Shown here: piece by piece, positions 51,460 to 63,337 of the stretch
Layout of the letters: every line of letters begins with the position of its first letter
Numbering within the stretch: position 1 is the stretch's first letter
Source: Squalus acanthias
Lineage: Eukaryota
NCBI GenBank assembly: GCA_030390025.1
Contig: CM059432.1
Coordinates: forward strand, 38,380,001 to 38,444,000
Length of the DNA stretch: 64,000 nucleotides
Direction of reading: 5' to 3'
Program-made: the position numbers and the translations under genes
Notes under the pieces: generated by a model
Told to the model about the DNA's origin: nothing
Seen by the model: only the letters and a program-made list of their open reading frames with translations
The model's database searches: none

Positions 51460-51919
51460 AAGCTTTGTGGCACCACACCTGCTGAAACAACGCTTCCGCT
51501 GCCTGGACCGCTCTGGAAGAGCCCTGCAGTACTCGGCAGAGCGGGTGTCAAGATTCGTGGTGGTCTGCTGCATGCTCCACTACCTCGCCATCATGAGGGC
51601 ACAGCCCTTGCCACCGAATATACGGCGAGGAGCTGAGGAGCAAGAGCATGAGGAGGAGGAGGTGGAGGAGAAAGAGGAAGGGAGAAAGCATCCTAGACAG
51701 CCCCTTTCTGCCCGGGGTGTCCATGAAAAACTCATCCGAGTGCGATACCAGTAACCGCAACCCCAATTCCCCATTCACCAGCATTCCCACACCTTAACTT
51801 CCCTCTGTCACTGACCATCACAGTGCCCGCTGGGCCACAATGCAAAAATAAAAGCCATCACAAAATAAACATTCCAACCCAAATTTATAAAGGAAATCAT
51901 GCCATATTGCACACAAAAG

Positions 51920-53838
51920 TCAACTAATCACCCTTGTGCATTCCTTTAGCTCCTGTCTGCCTTTGCCTGTCCTAGTGCTCCTATGCAATGCTACCCCAGT
52001 GGCTGCAGCATGGCTGGTGGAAGGCTGCTGACTTTCAGTGTAGGACATTTTAGATGGCCTTGGAGGACAACCTGGAGCAGCTCTGGCCCTAGAAGGTCTG
52101 GCTTCGGACTGCACCATCTTGGCATGGACCGCAGCAGTCTGGGTTGGCTGGCTGACAGGCAACAGCAAGAGCACTGGCGGAGTGGCAGGGGTGGGAGGAC
52201 AAATGCTGTCTTCGTGAGAGAAGACAGCAGATTCATGCTCCATGGTGACACTGCCACTCCCCCAGGGCGGCGCCTCAGCAATCCTAAGAATCTGTTGGAG
52301 GACAGATTGCTGGACGGCTGTGACACCCTGCAAGCCCCTTTCCACACTGTAATCCACAGCCATGATGGCAGTAGGCTGAGCTCGCATGGCAGCAAGTTGA
52401 TCTTGCATGACAGCAGTCTGAGCTTCTACTGTAGCACTCAGAATGTGGGTGGCTACTGCTTGTGTTGCAATGGAAGCTGAGACATCAGCCATCAGACACC
52501 GCATCATGATTGGGTCCACAAGTGTGTGAATGGAGTTGGCCACCACTTCCATGCTGGAAAGGATGGGCTCCAAGCTCTGTGCAAAGCCCTGTGCCAAGTT
52601 GGTGCTGGACCCTTCCACGCACTTTGACATTGACCGCAGGCTTTCTGGCAGGCTTCCCAATACACTAAGCATTTTGTTATGCATACCCATCAACAGTCTT
52701 CTGTAGGCCACCCCATCGAAGTCCTCATCTGAGTCCTCTGCAGCAGAACCCGTCTGCGACCTCGCCCTCCGGCGAGCTTGTATCTGCGCTAGCCTTGCCC
52801 CCTGCCCTGGCTGCAGACCACTCGTGCCTGGTGTCTCGCCACGTGCAGATCCCGCCTCTAATCTATCCTCTAAGATACGCAGTGTCAGTATCTGAGCTGG
52901 TGGCTGCGAGTGTGAAATCAAGTGGCGGTGCTGTATCTTCATCATCACTCACTTCTTGGTGTCCCTCCACTGCCTGGCCAGGTTGCAACTCTTGTGTATC
53001 TGAAAGGAAATAGGCGCACGGGTATGGTTGTAGGGCGGGGAGGGGGGAAAGTAAGAGGTGCATGCTTACACCATCTGCAGCTTGTAAATCAGAAAAGAGT
53101 GTGGGATGAGGGGGAAGTGGGATGTGAGAAAGACAATTATGTCTGAGGATACCGTCATCTTCAATGGTTTCAGCCCCGCCGCTGGCCACAGCCTCAGCAA
53201 TGGTCATCCAATAATGGCCAGCACCATCTCCTCCATGAGGGTTTAGGATATGCAGGCATGCCTGTCCCCCTCCAGTTAGCTCCTGCTGCCTCCGGTTTTG
53301 CACCGCCTTCTCCTGCAAGAAAGAGGGAAGTGCGTCAGTGAGTGTTGTGCAGTCTGTTTAGGTGATGTTGCTGTCATGGTTGAATAGCTGACAGTGTGTG
53401 CAAGCTGTGAGATGTGGGTGTGAGTCTTGCAGCAGTGCTAAGTGTGTAAGCGTGAGGTGAACCTTATGATTGTGAGGTATGAGACCTGATTGATAGAGAT
53501 TGTTGGTAGGTGAGTGATGGGGGTGTGGTGATTTGAGCAGTGGCTGAGGCTACTGGTGCAATTGGTAGGATATGGCATTTGAAGATGCATTCACTGACCT
53601 TGACCACTCATGTGAGGTCATTGAACCTCTTGCGGCACTGCATCCAGGTCCTCAGAGCTTGACTCCTGGCATTGAGCTCCACGGCTATCTGCTCCCACTG
53701 CCTTTTGACCGTGTGTCTGGAGGACCTCCTTCCCCCCTGCGGATACAGGACATCTCTCCTCCTTTCCACCTCCTGCACCAAGACCTCCAGTGCAGCGTCC
53801 AAAAACCTTGGAGCCCGCTCTCTCCCTAGTTGTGCCAT
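51920..53838 (-). pseudogene. Harbinger Myb/SANT-like gene; exons 53838-53599, 53312-53153 and 52999-51920
   Basis: MAQLGRERAPRFLDAALEVLV...QCRKRFNDLT; same intron positions as the 24879 copy; stops and frameshifts present. Confidence 0.88.
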
Positions 53839-53995
53839 TCCTCAGTCTTCCCCAGGTCAGAATCTCTTCAACCATGAATCACAGCACCTGCTGCAGCCAC
53901 AATGCACCAATAAGGTGGAGGCTATCTTTAAGCAGTGAAAACTAGCTTAACTGGTGCTAGCCTCTCACGATATTGGCCCCCTGCTGATGCATCCA

Positions 53996-54431
53996 TAGAA
54001 ACATAGAAACATAGAATCTAGGAGCAGGAGTAGGCCATTCGGCCCGTCGAGCCTGCACCACCATTCAATATGATCATGGCTGATCATTCAAAATCCAGTA
54101 CCCTGTCCCTGCTTTAATCCCCACAGTACACATATCCCACCTGAGCCCCGTAACCCCACGTATTTAATTCCCCCTAACATATCCCATCCTATCCTCATAA
54201 CCCCACATATTTAATCCCCCCTAACACTAAGGGTCAATTTATCATAGCCAAATCAACCTAACCCGCACATTTTTGGACAGTGGGAGGAAACCGGAGCACC
54301 CGGAGGAAACCCACGCAGACACGGGGAGAATGTGCAAACTCCACACAGACAGTCACCCGAGGTCAGATTCGAACCCGGGTCTCTGGCGCTGTGAGGCACC
54401 AGTGCTAACCACTATGCCACCGTGTTGCCCA
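53996..54431 (-). mobile_element. V-SINE (HE1-like) with a CR1-derived tail
   Basis: tRNA-like head, V-domain GTGGAGTTTGCACATTCTCCCCGTGTCTGCGTGGGTTTCCTCCGGG on minus, (TATGTTTC)n tail; ATCCA on both sides. Confidence 0.88.
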
Positions 54432-55196
54432 ATCCAGCCAATCAACAGCGCGGTTAGTGAAGTTGGCATGCTGCCTGCATTGCAATCAACGGGCATGGGT
54501 TAAGCACACATCACGATCCCCGCACCCGTTTTCGGGGGCTATCCAATTTAGCCCCCGTACACTCACAGAGCTCATATCAGAGACTATTAGAGTTAAATGG
54601 CAATGGTACATTAGATTTAGTTGTTGGCGCATCACAAATGTCACTTTAACAAGTAATTCTTCAGTATAATAAATCTAAATCACACACACACAGATGGGAT
54701 GGCTGTTGATAGACAAAGGTCTGACCTACTTATTCAGCTGAGAACAACAATTATACAATTGTATTAGCAAGCTGTCTAAATTAACAGCTTGTTCATAATT
54801 GGTCATTTGTTACTTTGGAAACCTCATGAAGTACATCGTAACCAAAATCAAAATTCGCTTCGTGTACAGCACCATTTTTATTTCTCAGATATAACGATGT
54901 TTTCTATTCATAGTTTTAAAGGGAGTTTCAGAAAGCACATTAATAATAATTATAACACATTTATCTATTATAAATTCATCTTCTTAAGACTATACACACT
55001 TCTTGTTGTCACACTTACTTCCTATGTCACAATCTTGTCACACTTTGTGACACTTGGACTAGGAATTTCTTTGGAGCTGCTCCCACTCCGACCCTGCAAT
55101 TTCTATAGAATTTCTTGACCTTGTTAATGCCTGAAGCAACATCAAGCTATATTACTTTTAATTGGTAAGCTGTAATAACTGTTAAAGATACCAGTT

Positions 55197-55641
55197 AAAA
55201 AAAGACTTGCAATTATGTAGCGCCTTTCACAACCTCAGGATGTTCCAAAGCACTTTATAGCCAATGAAGTACTTTTGAAATGTAGTCACTGTTGTAATGT
55301 AGAAAACATAGCAGCCAATTTGTGCACAGCAAACTCCCACAAACAGCAATGTGATAATGCCCAGATAATCAGTTTTAGTAATGTTGGATGAGGGATAAAT
55401 ATTGGCCAGGACACTGGGGATAAGTCCCCTGCTCTTCTTCCAAATAGTGCCATGGGATCTTTTACGTCCACCTGAGGGGGCAGACGGGGCCTCGGTTTAA
55501 CGTCTCATCCGAAAGACGACAATTCCGACAGTGCAGCACTCCCTTAGTACAGCACTGGAGTATCAGCCTAGATTTTTGTGCTCAAGTCTCCGGAGTAGGT
55601 TTTGAACCCACGAACTTCTACCCACTGAGCCACGGCTGACA
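55197..55641 (-). mobile_element. DeuSINE (SacSINE1-like), near full length
   Basis: GGATGAGACGTTAAACCGAGGCCCC and AAAGATCCCATGGCACT core on minus; tRNA-like head. Confidence 0.85.
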
Positions 55642-57332
55642 TCGTATTTACGTACTAACCCATCATTGCCATTTGGTATGTGTTGTCCTGCTCCATCTAC
55701 CACTTTATGTCCTTCTCAATCCCCCTTCTTTTGAGGTCAGTATTATTATTTTCATTTTTAATCTATTTATTTGAATCTACTTTAATTGCATGTATTTATT
55801 TTCTTTCATCTCACTTCCTGCCATCTTTATCTCCTCGTATCAACACTGAATTCTCCTCTGGTGCATGCTTGGTCCCATGACCATGTCCCACTGCGCGTTG
55901 CCCTGGTTTCCCATCTCACTGGCCTCCACTGCCCTTTTTTCCCTTGGTCCTTTGTCTCCGTGCCCTCTCTCGGCCTTGCCCTGCTCCTCCTTACCCTCAG
56001 CACCTCACTGCTCTCCATGGTATCCGGATCCTCTTCCCTTCCCACTCGACCTGCCGTCTTGGTTCACATCCAAGTTCTGTCCCTTTCCTATGCCGGACTT
56101 CAAGCTCGAGTCCCAGCTTAGCTCATGCCTTGGACAAGTCCTGAAGTCACCCTGAAGTAAAATTATACATCTGCTTGAATTAATTAATATAAAACAGACC
56201 TGCAAAGATTCCTGTGGCCTTCTGGACCAGCCACTAGATGAATAAATAATCCTGCTGTGAAGGACATCTATTTGGCTTCAGACAGAAATAAATAAAGTCA
56301 GCATCCAAAAATGTAATTGGGCCTCAGAGGAACACCATTTCAACCACCAAGTAAATAAATAAATAAATATAAATTGGGCTTCCAAAAATTCCAACACAAC
56401 AGCATGCCTTCAACTGAGAATTAATTAATTAAATATGCTCTCAATAAATACAATTGGCCTTAATAGAGAAACTGCCAATCGCAAATTAATCAATTAAATA
56501 AACGTACTCGCGATAAACCCAATTAAGAATCAGTAAAAGTATGCCATCCACAAATAAGCATAACCTAAGCATATCTAACCAAACTTTAAGTGCATAAGGT
56601 TATCCACTAATTAATTAAATGGCTACTGAATACATAACATTCTTTAAAGACATTAAAAACAAAATGACCACAAATTAATTAATTTATCCTGTATAATCAT
56701 CTTCAGCCCAACCACACCATTCACAAGTTAATATCTCTATCATATATTTAATTTGGTACGTAGGCCACATTTCATTGTAAGCTCATTATAAGTGCCTGGT
56801 ACTCCTGTAAAAAGCGCAGTGATAGACATTTTCAATGTTAAAAATGTCACACTGTAAGATGCGCAATAGCTGCTATCACTCAAAATGTTTTCTAAACATT
56901 TATTTTGTCTGCCACTTTTTCTCAGGAACTGAAATTTCTAAGGTCCAAAATAAGGGTTTGAACAATGCGGAAAAATGATTTTAAAAAATCTTTCACAATA
57001 ATATTATTAAATTCATCCATTAAATTGTTTTTCTTTTAATATCTTCATTAAAGCTTTACCTTGAAGGCAACAGCTTATCTAAAATGCCTTGACTTGTTAT
57101 TCTCACCCAGAACTGTGACTCTGGATTGTGCAGTCTGAGCACGTTCAAATGTATCTACTTTCCCAGGATAAATTAGCATCATTCTGTCAGGTATATGGGT
57201 GAGGTATTTTTATTGAACTCCTAGCATTTGCTACCTGGCAGCTTTTCATCAAATACTTTTAAAAACAAAGAGGACACATTTCAAAAGGTTTCCTGAAATA
57301 AAAATTAATATTGAGTGTTTAAAAAAAACATA

Positions 57333-59045
57333 GGCCAAGATTTTCCTTACCTCTGTGGGTCCGGGGTGGGTGATGTCGGTGGCGGGTTGTGACCCCGCTG
57401 CCTGCTCCATCCCACTCTGGAAAATGAATTTACGTTGATAGGGTTTGTTAAGCCCGCCCAGCGCGTTTCCTGGCCCAATTAGAGGAAGCGGGTCTGGTCA
57501 TTCATGACGTGTCATCAGCCGGTTTCCTTAAAGGGACCATGGCCAACTTTCTTTTGACATTTGCGCTGTCAGTGTTCTACAGCACTGAAGTGCTGCAAAC
57601 ACTGACAAACACTGCACAGAGGTGCACGGCTGCACCCAGGTTCTCCCATGACTGGGAGTCAGAGCATGCAGGGAGGTTTTCTTCCCTTACGATGGGCGGA
57701 AGAGACCTCCCCAGGAGACCAAAACAGCCTGGCTGCACATTGCAGAGAAGGGCACAAGCAGGGATGTGGTCAGGAGGACCTGGTGCAGTGGCGCAAACCT
57801 TTCAATGATCTCAGTAGATCACGAAACGTTAGCACAAAGCCACACTCAGCCTCATCCTGCTGTGCCTCTCATCACATCCCCATCGCTCTGCCTTCCCTAC
57901 TCTACTCCTGCACATCCTTACTCACACCAACTTACCATACACCTCCACCCATCCCTCTCTCTCTCTATCTACATTATGCCATCCCTATCTCACTAGCTAC
58001 CATTCACACTCACCCTCATCCTTGTGCAATCATACCAACTAACAACACACAAGGGTAGCCACTTGGGTGTTTTATCCAATGTTTATGTAAAGTTTCCATT
58101 AATGTGCTGTCAAACATTGAAACCTTTATTTTCAACACTTTGCATTCTTGAACAGATCTGTGTGGAACTTTGGAAGTGGCTTAGTGGGTTGCATGAATGG
58201 TGAGATAACGGTACCCCCCGCAATGGTGAGGAATGTGAAAGGAATGGCTTGGGCGTTGTAGGGATGCTTTATGGTGTTGGTGTGGGGTGGTGCCAACCTG
58301 GCGCATCATGTGGCAGCCAGGGTGTACAGCGTAAAGTGAAGTAAATCTGGCCATGATGAGGCCATCCCTGGCCTCCCGGGCAGCAATGTGCTCGGGTGCT
58401 GATGCCCTCTGTCCTGTGCAGCATCAGTTGATTGCGGGGAAGGTTGGTGTTGTTGCTGGTGCTGCTGATGTTGGGGCTGATCGTGGTCAGATTCTGAGGA
58501 CCAAGGTGAAATGGTATAAACAGTACCCATGCTGATGGAATAGATGGCAGGTGAAGTTGAGATGACAGAAGCGATCTGTCAATGGTGAGAGAGGTTGTTC
58601 CAATGAGGTGACACTGGATAGAGAGTTTGCTCCAAACACTTGCAGCCTGCATAAAGCTCAATCTGTGTTCCAAATGGAGTAAGCAACAGCTTCTGCGCTT
58701 GGAAAGTGAACAGCTGCAAGGTGGGGGCTTTTATAGCACATATCAAGCTGTCAACTAATTGGCTGATTCAATGGCCATTCAACTCTGCCTCAGGTTCACA
58801 GACTTGGTCCCTGAGCAGCGTGGACCCCGTGGGCGAGCAGTAAAAACTAAAAGGTAAGGTTAAAAGCCTTATTAAGGAACTGGCAACAACCCAATAATTG
58901 GTTTAATTGGGTCGCCCACCTCTGCGGGTCGGGTTGGATCGGAGATCACACACGCGCCACATGTCCCGACCCACTGTCAAAAAAATTAATTTCCCACCCG
59001 ACCCACCACCAATGCCACCCACTGACCCCCCGGGAAATTTCAGCC
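57333..59045. mobile_element. Internally deleted Harbinger (family C) with Myb and transposase stubs
   Basis: TIRs GGCCAAGATTTTCC / GGAAATTTCAGCC; perfect ATA TSD; AAPRFSHD and WRKPFNDLSRS Myb remnants on +. Confidence 0.82.
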
Positions 59046-59264
59046 ATAGACTGTGTGTTTGAGAGAGAGAAATGGCAAAGTACTGATGCATACCTCTTGT
59101 TACATTTTTGCGTTCTGTAAGCTTTAAAAATTGCATTAAATTGAGCGAGGGGAGAGGGGTGTGGGATCTATTTCTGTCTCTGCTTCTAATTTCTGTGGAG
59201 AGAAAAAGACCAAGAAATGCACTGATTTCCTGCAAACCATTTTCCCCTTACTGCACTGCTCATG

Positions 59265-59467
59265 ATGTGGAGATGCCAGTGTTGGACTGGGGTGGACAAA
59301 TGTGAGAAGTTGCACAACACCAGGTTATAGTCCAACAGCTTTATTTGAAATCACAAGCTTTCGGAGCGCTGCTCCTTCGTCAGGTGAAGGAGCAGCGCTC
59401 CAAAAGTTTGTGATTTCAAATAAAGCTGTTGGACTATAACCTGGTGTTGTGCGACTTCTCACATTTG
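59265..59467. mobile_element. Penelope-like pLTR inverted dimer (about 83-bp-arm hairpin)
   Basis: Arms 59296-59378 and 59386-59468, loop GTCAGGT; flanked by 13-bp direct repeat TGCACTGCTCATG (59252-59264, 59468-59480). Confidence 0.75.
59351..59387 (-). ncRNA. Minimal hammerhead ribozyme-like motif
   Basis: UCAC-CUGACGA-A-GGAGC(AGC)GCUCC-GAAA-GCUU-GUGA: both core boxes, stem I, stem II and a palindromic AAGCUU in place of stem III. Confidence 0.6.
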
Positions 59468-59843
59468 TGCACTGCTCATGTAACGGTATCCTCAGAGTAT
59501 GAGAGTCAGAAAACTAAACTTTCTTTTTAATCTTTGCTCAAAATAATTATGGGTACAGGCCATCTCATAGCTACTTTCCCTCTTGCCTCAGCTCAGTTGG
59601 ATCATAGGCGCATGGGTTGGGGTGATATATTAACAGAGATAGAGGATTGGTTAAAGGACAGAAAATAGAGATTAGGGATAAACGGGTCATTTTCAGGCTG
59701 GCAGGCTGTTACTAGTAGAGTGCTGGGGCTTCAGCTTTTACAATCTATGTTAATGACTTAGATGAAGGGACCGAGTGCAATGTTTCAAAGTTTGGTGATG
59801 ATACAAAGCTAGGTGAGAAAGTATGCTGTGAGGAGGACACAAA

Positions 59844-60736
59844 GGGGGAAAAATTCAGTTGGTTGCGCCTCCCGTTAGTGCCTTAAGAGGGCACTAATGG
59901 GGCGCAAAGCATCTAGCGCCCAGGCGCGGCCAATTTTGCGCCGCTCGCGAAATTAACTAGACATTTTGCGGCAGCGCTAAACACTACCGCCACGATCTCC
60001 TGCGCCGGCAGATCGTGACGTCAGTCGAGTGTGCGATGCCCCGGTATCGCACTGGAGCGGATATTGAGTGGCGCCCCCTGCCTTGCCGCCTGACGCTAGC
60101 AATGACAGGTTGAGGGGAGCGTTCTGCAGTCATGAAGGGAAAGGGGGAGCGCTATTTAAAGGTGACCGCTTCCTGCCGTTTATTGTTGGTGCCATTTTTG
60201 AACTACGCATTCTGAGAGAGACAGAGAGAGACTTCTGGAGGGATTCAACGTTGTGTGAAGGAGTTTTGGGTACTGAGCAGCACTTTGCAGGTTCATTTTG
60301 TTTTGCCATTCCTTGTATCGATTTAGAAGAGACTGTGGGGGCTGCACTCTGAGCTCTTTGCCTGGTACTCTCCATTGTTCTTTCCAGCAGATTTGATGTG
60401 CAGGTCTCTCCAGGCCGAGATTCAAGGCTGCAATGAGCAGGATGTGGATGGAAAGCAAGATTAACCATCCCCTTTAAGAACTGGCCCGTGCCATTGTGTG
60501 TGTGTTCCATTGCTGACTGACATCACATGAGCTTCGCCAGCGCTCTGAGGTAGCGCCTCGCTCCTCGGCCTTTGCACCTTAAGACAGGTGTGAAGCGCCT
60601 GATTTAGCGCTCCAATCACCTCCAGGGGCGATAAAAGTCAAGTTTGCAGTCGGTGGTGATAATTAGCGCCAGGCGCTAATCTTTGCGCCCGGCCGATAAT
60701 TGTGCCCCAAATGGGGCGATACTGAATTTCTCCCCC
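59844..60736 (-). mobile_element. Harbinger MITE family A, complete copy
   Basis: TIRs GGGGGAAAAATTCAGT / ACTGAATTTCTCCCCC; perfect AAA TSD; the CR1 sequence GACAC-AAA-GAGCCTG is restored on removal. Confidence 0.93.
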
Positions 60737-60979
60737 AAAGAGCCTGAAAAGGGATATAGATAGTGGGGAAAGAAGGTGGTAGGTGGAGTATAATGTGGGG
60801 AAATGTGAGGTTATTCACTTTGGTAGGAAGAATAGAAACGCAGAATATTTTTTAAATGATGAGAAATTATTAATTGCTGGTGTTCAGAGGGATTTTAGTG
60901 TCCTTGTACATGAAACACAGAAAGTTAACATGCAGGTACAGTAAGCAATTAGGAAGGCAAATGGTATGTTGACCTTTAT

Positions 60980-61122
60980 CCCTTCCGACTCCATCCCTCT
61001 CCCTAGCATCTGTCTGAGGCTGAACCAGATGGTTCACAACCTTGGTGTTATATTTGACCCTGAGTTGAGCTTCCAACCACATAGCCGCACCATAACTAAG
61101 ACCGCCTATTTCCACCTCTGTA
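60980..61122 (+). mobile_element. L2 internal fragment within CR1
   Basis: VHNLGVIFDPELSFQPHSRTITKTAYFHL; overlaps in homology with the reverse complement of 14630-14686. Confidence 0.75.
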
Positions 61123-62019
61123 ACTTTGGTGAGACCACACATGGAGTACTGTGTACAGTTTTTGTCTCTGTACCTGAGGTAGGATATACTTGCATTGGAG
61201 GCGATGCAACAAAGGTTGACTAGATTGATTCCAGGGATCAGAGGGTTGTCCTATGAGGAGAGATTGAGTAGAATGGTCCTATACATTCTGGAGTTTAGAA
61301 GAATGAGAGGTGATCTCATTGAAACATATAAGATTCTGAGAGGGCTTGACAGGGTAGATGCTGAGAGGTTGTTTCCCCTGGCTGGAGAGTCTAAAACTAG
61401 GGGGCATAGTCTTAAGATAAAGGATCAATCATTTAGGACTGAGATGAGGAGAAATTTCTTCATTCAGAGGATTGTGAATCTTTGGAATTCTCTAACCCAG
61501 AGGGCTGTGGATGCTCAGTCGTTGAATATATTGAAGGCTGAGATCAATAAATTATTGGACTCTAAGGGAATTAAAGGATATGAGGAATGGGCAGGAAAGT
61601 GGAGTTGAGGTCGAAGATCAGCCATGATCTTATTGAATGGTGGAGCAGGCTCAAGGGCCATATGAGCTACTTCTGCTCCTGTTTCTTATGTTCTTTTGTT
61701 CTTATCCCAGTATCTCCAAATTCTCTTTGCACTAAAGCTTGTTACTTTCAGGCACAGATGGATTTGTTATACAACTATGGAGGACTCTTAGCACTTCTCT
61801 TATGGAGTTCCTATAGAGAAAAGGATTCTTCAAAGGGAATGCATGCATTACAGGAGTCCACAGTCAGATAATTTACTTCTTCCAAATGAAGGAGTCTGTA
61901 CAGCACATTTAGTTCACAGGGTGATACGCTTATGTTGTCACTGCACTTTTAGTGTTAATATTGGTCTGTAGTCTATCGTTTAAAATATAGAAGAATGGCA
62001 GCTTGCTGCCATCACACTT

Positions 62020-62200
62020 ACCTTTGCTGACCTTGTGAGGTCATTAAACTTTCTTCTGGAACTGAAGTGGGGTCCTGGAAGGTAGGGAGTTGTCACTCAC
62101 TACCTGTGCCAATTCCTTCCACATGGTTCTGGCCCCCCCACTTCCATTCTGTGCCTGATTTCAGTAACAGTATTTATACATTTGGGCGTACAAAGTATGC
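62020..62200 (-). pseudogene. Isolated Harbinger Myb exon-1 remnant
   Basis: WKELAQVVS...RTP then (frameshift) RKFNDLTRSAK followed by a GTAAGT donor. Confidence 0.65.
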
Positions 62201-63337
62201 ACTTGTACCTGATTAGTTGGAAGGTGGCATTCATAAAATGTAACAAATCATAAACAAAGAGGTTGGGATCATACCAATAAGCAAGTATAAAGCAGCCATA
62301 CAAATTACCATTGAAATGCAAAGGAGGTGTGAAAACAAGATTCAGCATAGAAGGGAGCTGTCGAGGGACCAATGGAATTACTTAACATATTTCGGAATTT
62401 TATTTTGGCCACCATCTTGTTTTTTCAGTAATTGGAGAAGAAAGAATTATAAATAATAGGCAAATTTTATGGTTTAGCATTCCTGATGCCGAGCAACTGA
62501 AGTACATATTGGATATTAAGGTGCAGAATATATTATACATAAAACTGTTGTATCTAGCCTGTGTTTGTCACACAAAGGCCAGGGCTTTGCATTTCTGCAG
62601 TCACCAGCCTGTAATTTTCTGCCTGTTTCCTTTAATGGATGGAATATCACATGTTGGTGAGTGTTAAAGCCGAGAACCTGGCCGGAGTCTTGACTGCTCA
62701 AATATACAGATTTCATCAAAGTTCTCAGGAACAAAACAAAATAAATAACTTCCCCTGTGCTTGAGCACATCTCCCACAAACTTCTTTCCAAATCTTTTCA
62801 GTCGCCATGTGCACCTCTTTCCCACTTCAGCACCTGCCCACTTGCAACAAAATACCTTCCCACTCACCAAGAGGAAGGCAATGAGAGTTCAAAAATAAAG
62901 AGAAAATGTTGCCTTTTCTTTTTGGATCATTGTAACCTACATTAATTGACCCCAGTTTGACCTACGTTGTGCCTGATAAAGTAGTTGTCTTTGAGGCTAT
63001 TCCTGCATTAACCCTCTCCCTATTCTTTCTAATAGTAAATTCACCATTATCATTTTTTAGCAAAGCAAACGTTACTAAAGAGTTCAATTTCAGAGAAAGA
63101 AATGTTTCCTTTTTCTTTTCTAATTGTCTATTTTTCTCTTCTTTTCCTGTTCTTTGTTGAAGGCTGGCACTGCTGCTGGTGAATGGTTCCGTGCATGCTG
63201 GCAGCATTCTGGTAACTCACCCAGGTAACCATCTGTGACTCTGTCGGTAACATTGGTACCAGCCCATCCCAGGGCGGAACTCCGTAGTAAATTTTCCAAT
63301 GGAGCAGTCAGCCTCAGCCACGGTGTTGCAGCGCACA

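Larger units (their letters stand above)
51462..54556. mobile_element. Harbinger transposon, left-truncated (subfamily B)
   Basis: Transposase C-terminus (+) 51462-51754 LKQRFRCLD...CCMLH; Myb gene (-); right TIR CCAATTTAGCCCCC; collinear with 8270-10391. Confidence 0.88.
59600..61705 (+). mobile_element. CR1 LINE RT to 3' end, interrupted by a MITE and an L2 fragment
   Basis: Collinear with 19310-20420; ORF 61195..61608 RRMRGDLIETYKIL...WNSL. Confidence 0.88.

Noticed and set aside
54340..54431. tRNA genes (also at about 38380, 45360-45440, 50135 and 55590)
   Set aside because: A/B-box-like segments mostly continue into SINE bodies and no full cloverleaf is evident
5610..54560. 49-kb composite transposon using the left TIR at 5614 and the right TIR at 54556 (18-bp inverted match extending into GTAC)
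   Set aside because: The flanks are inverted rather than direct repeats (TAC vs GTA), so there is no shared TSD; the 5614 element has its own right end at 10391
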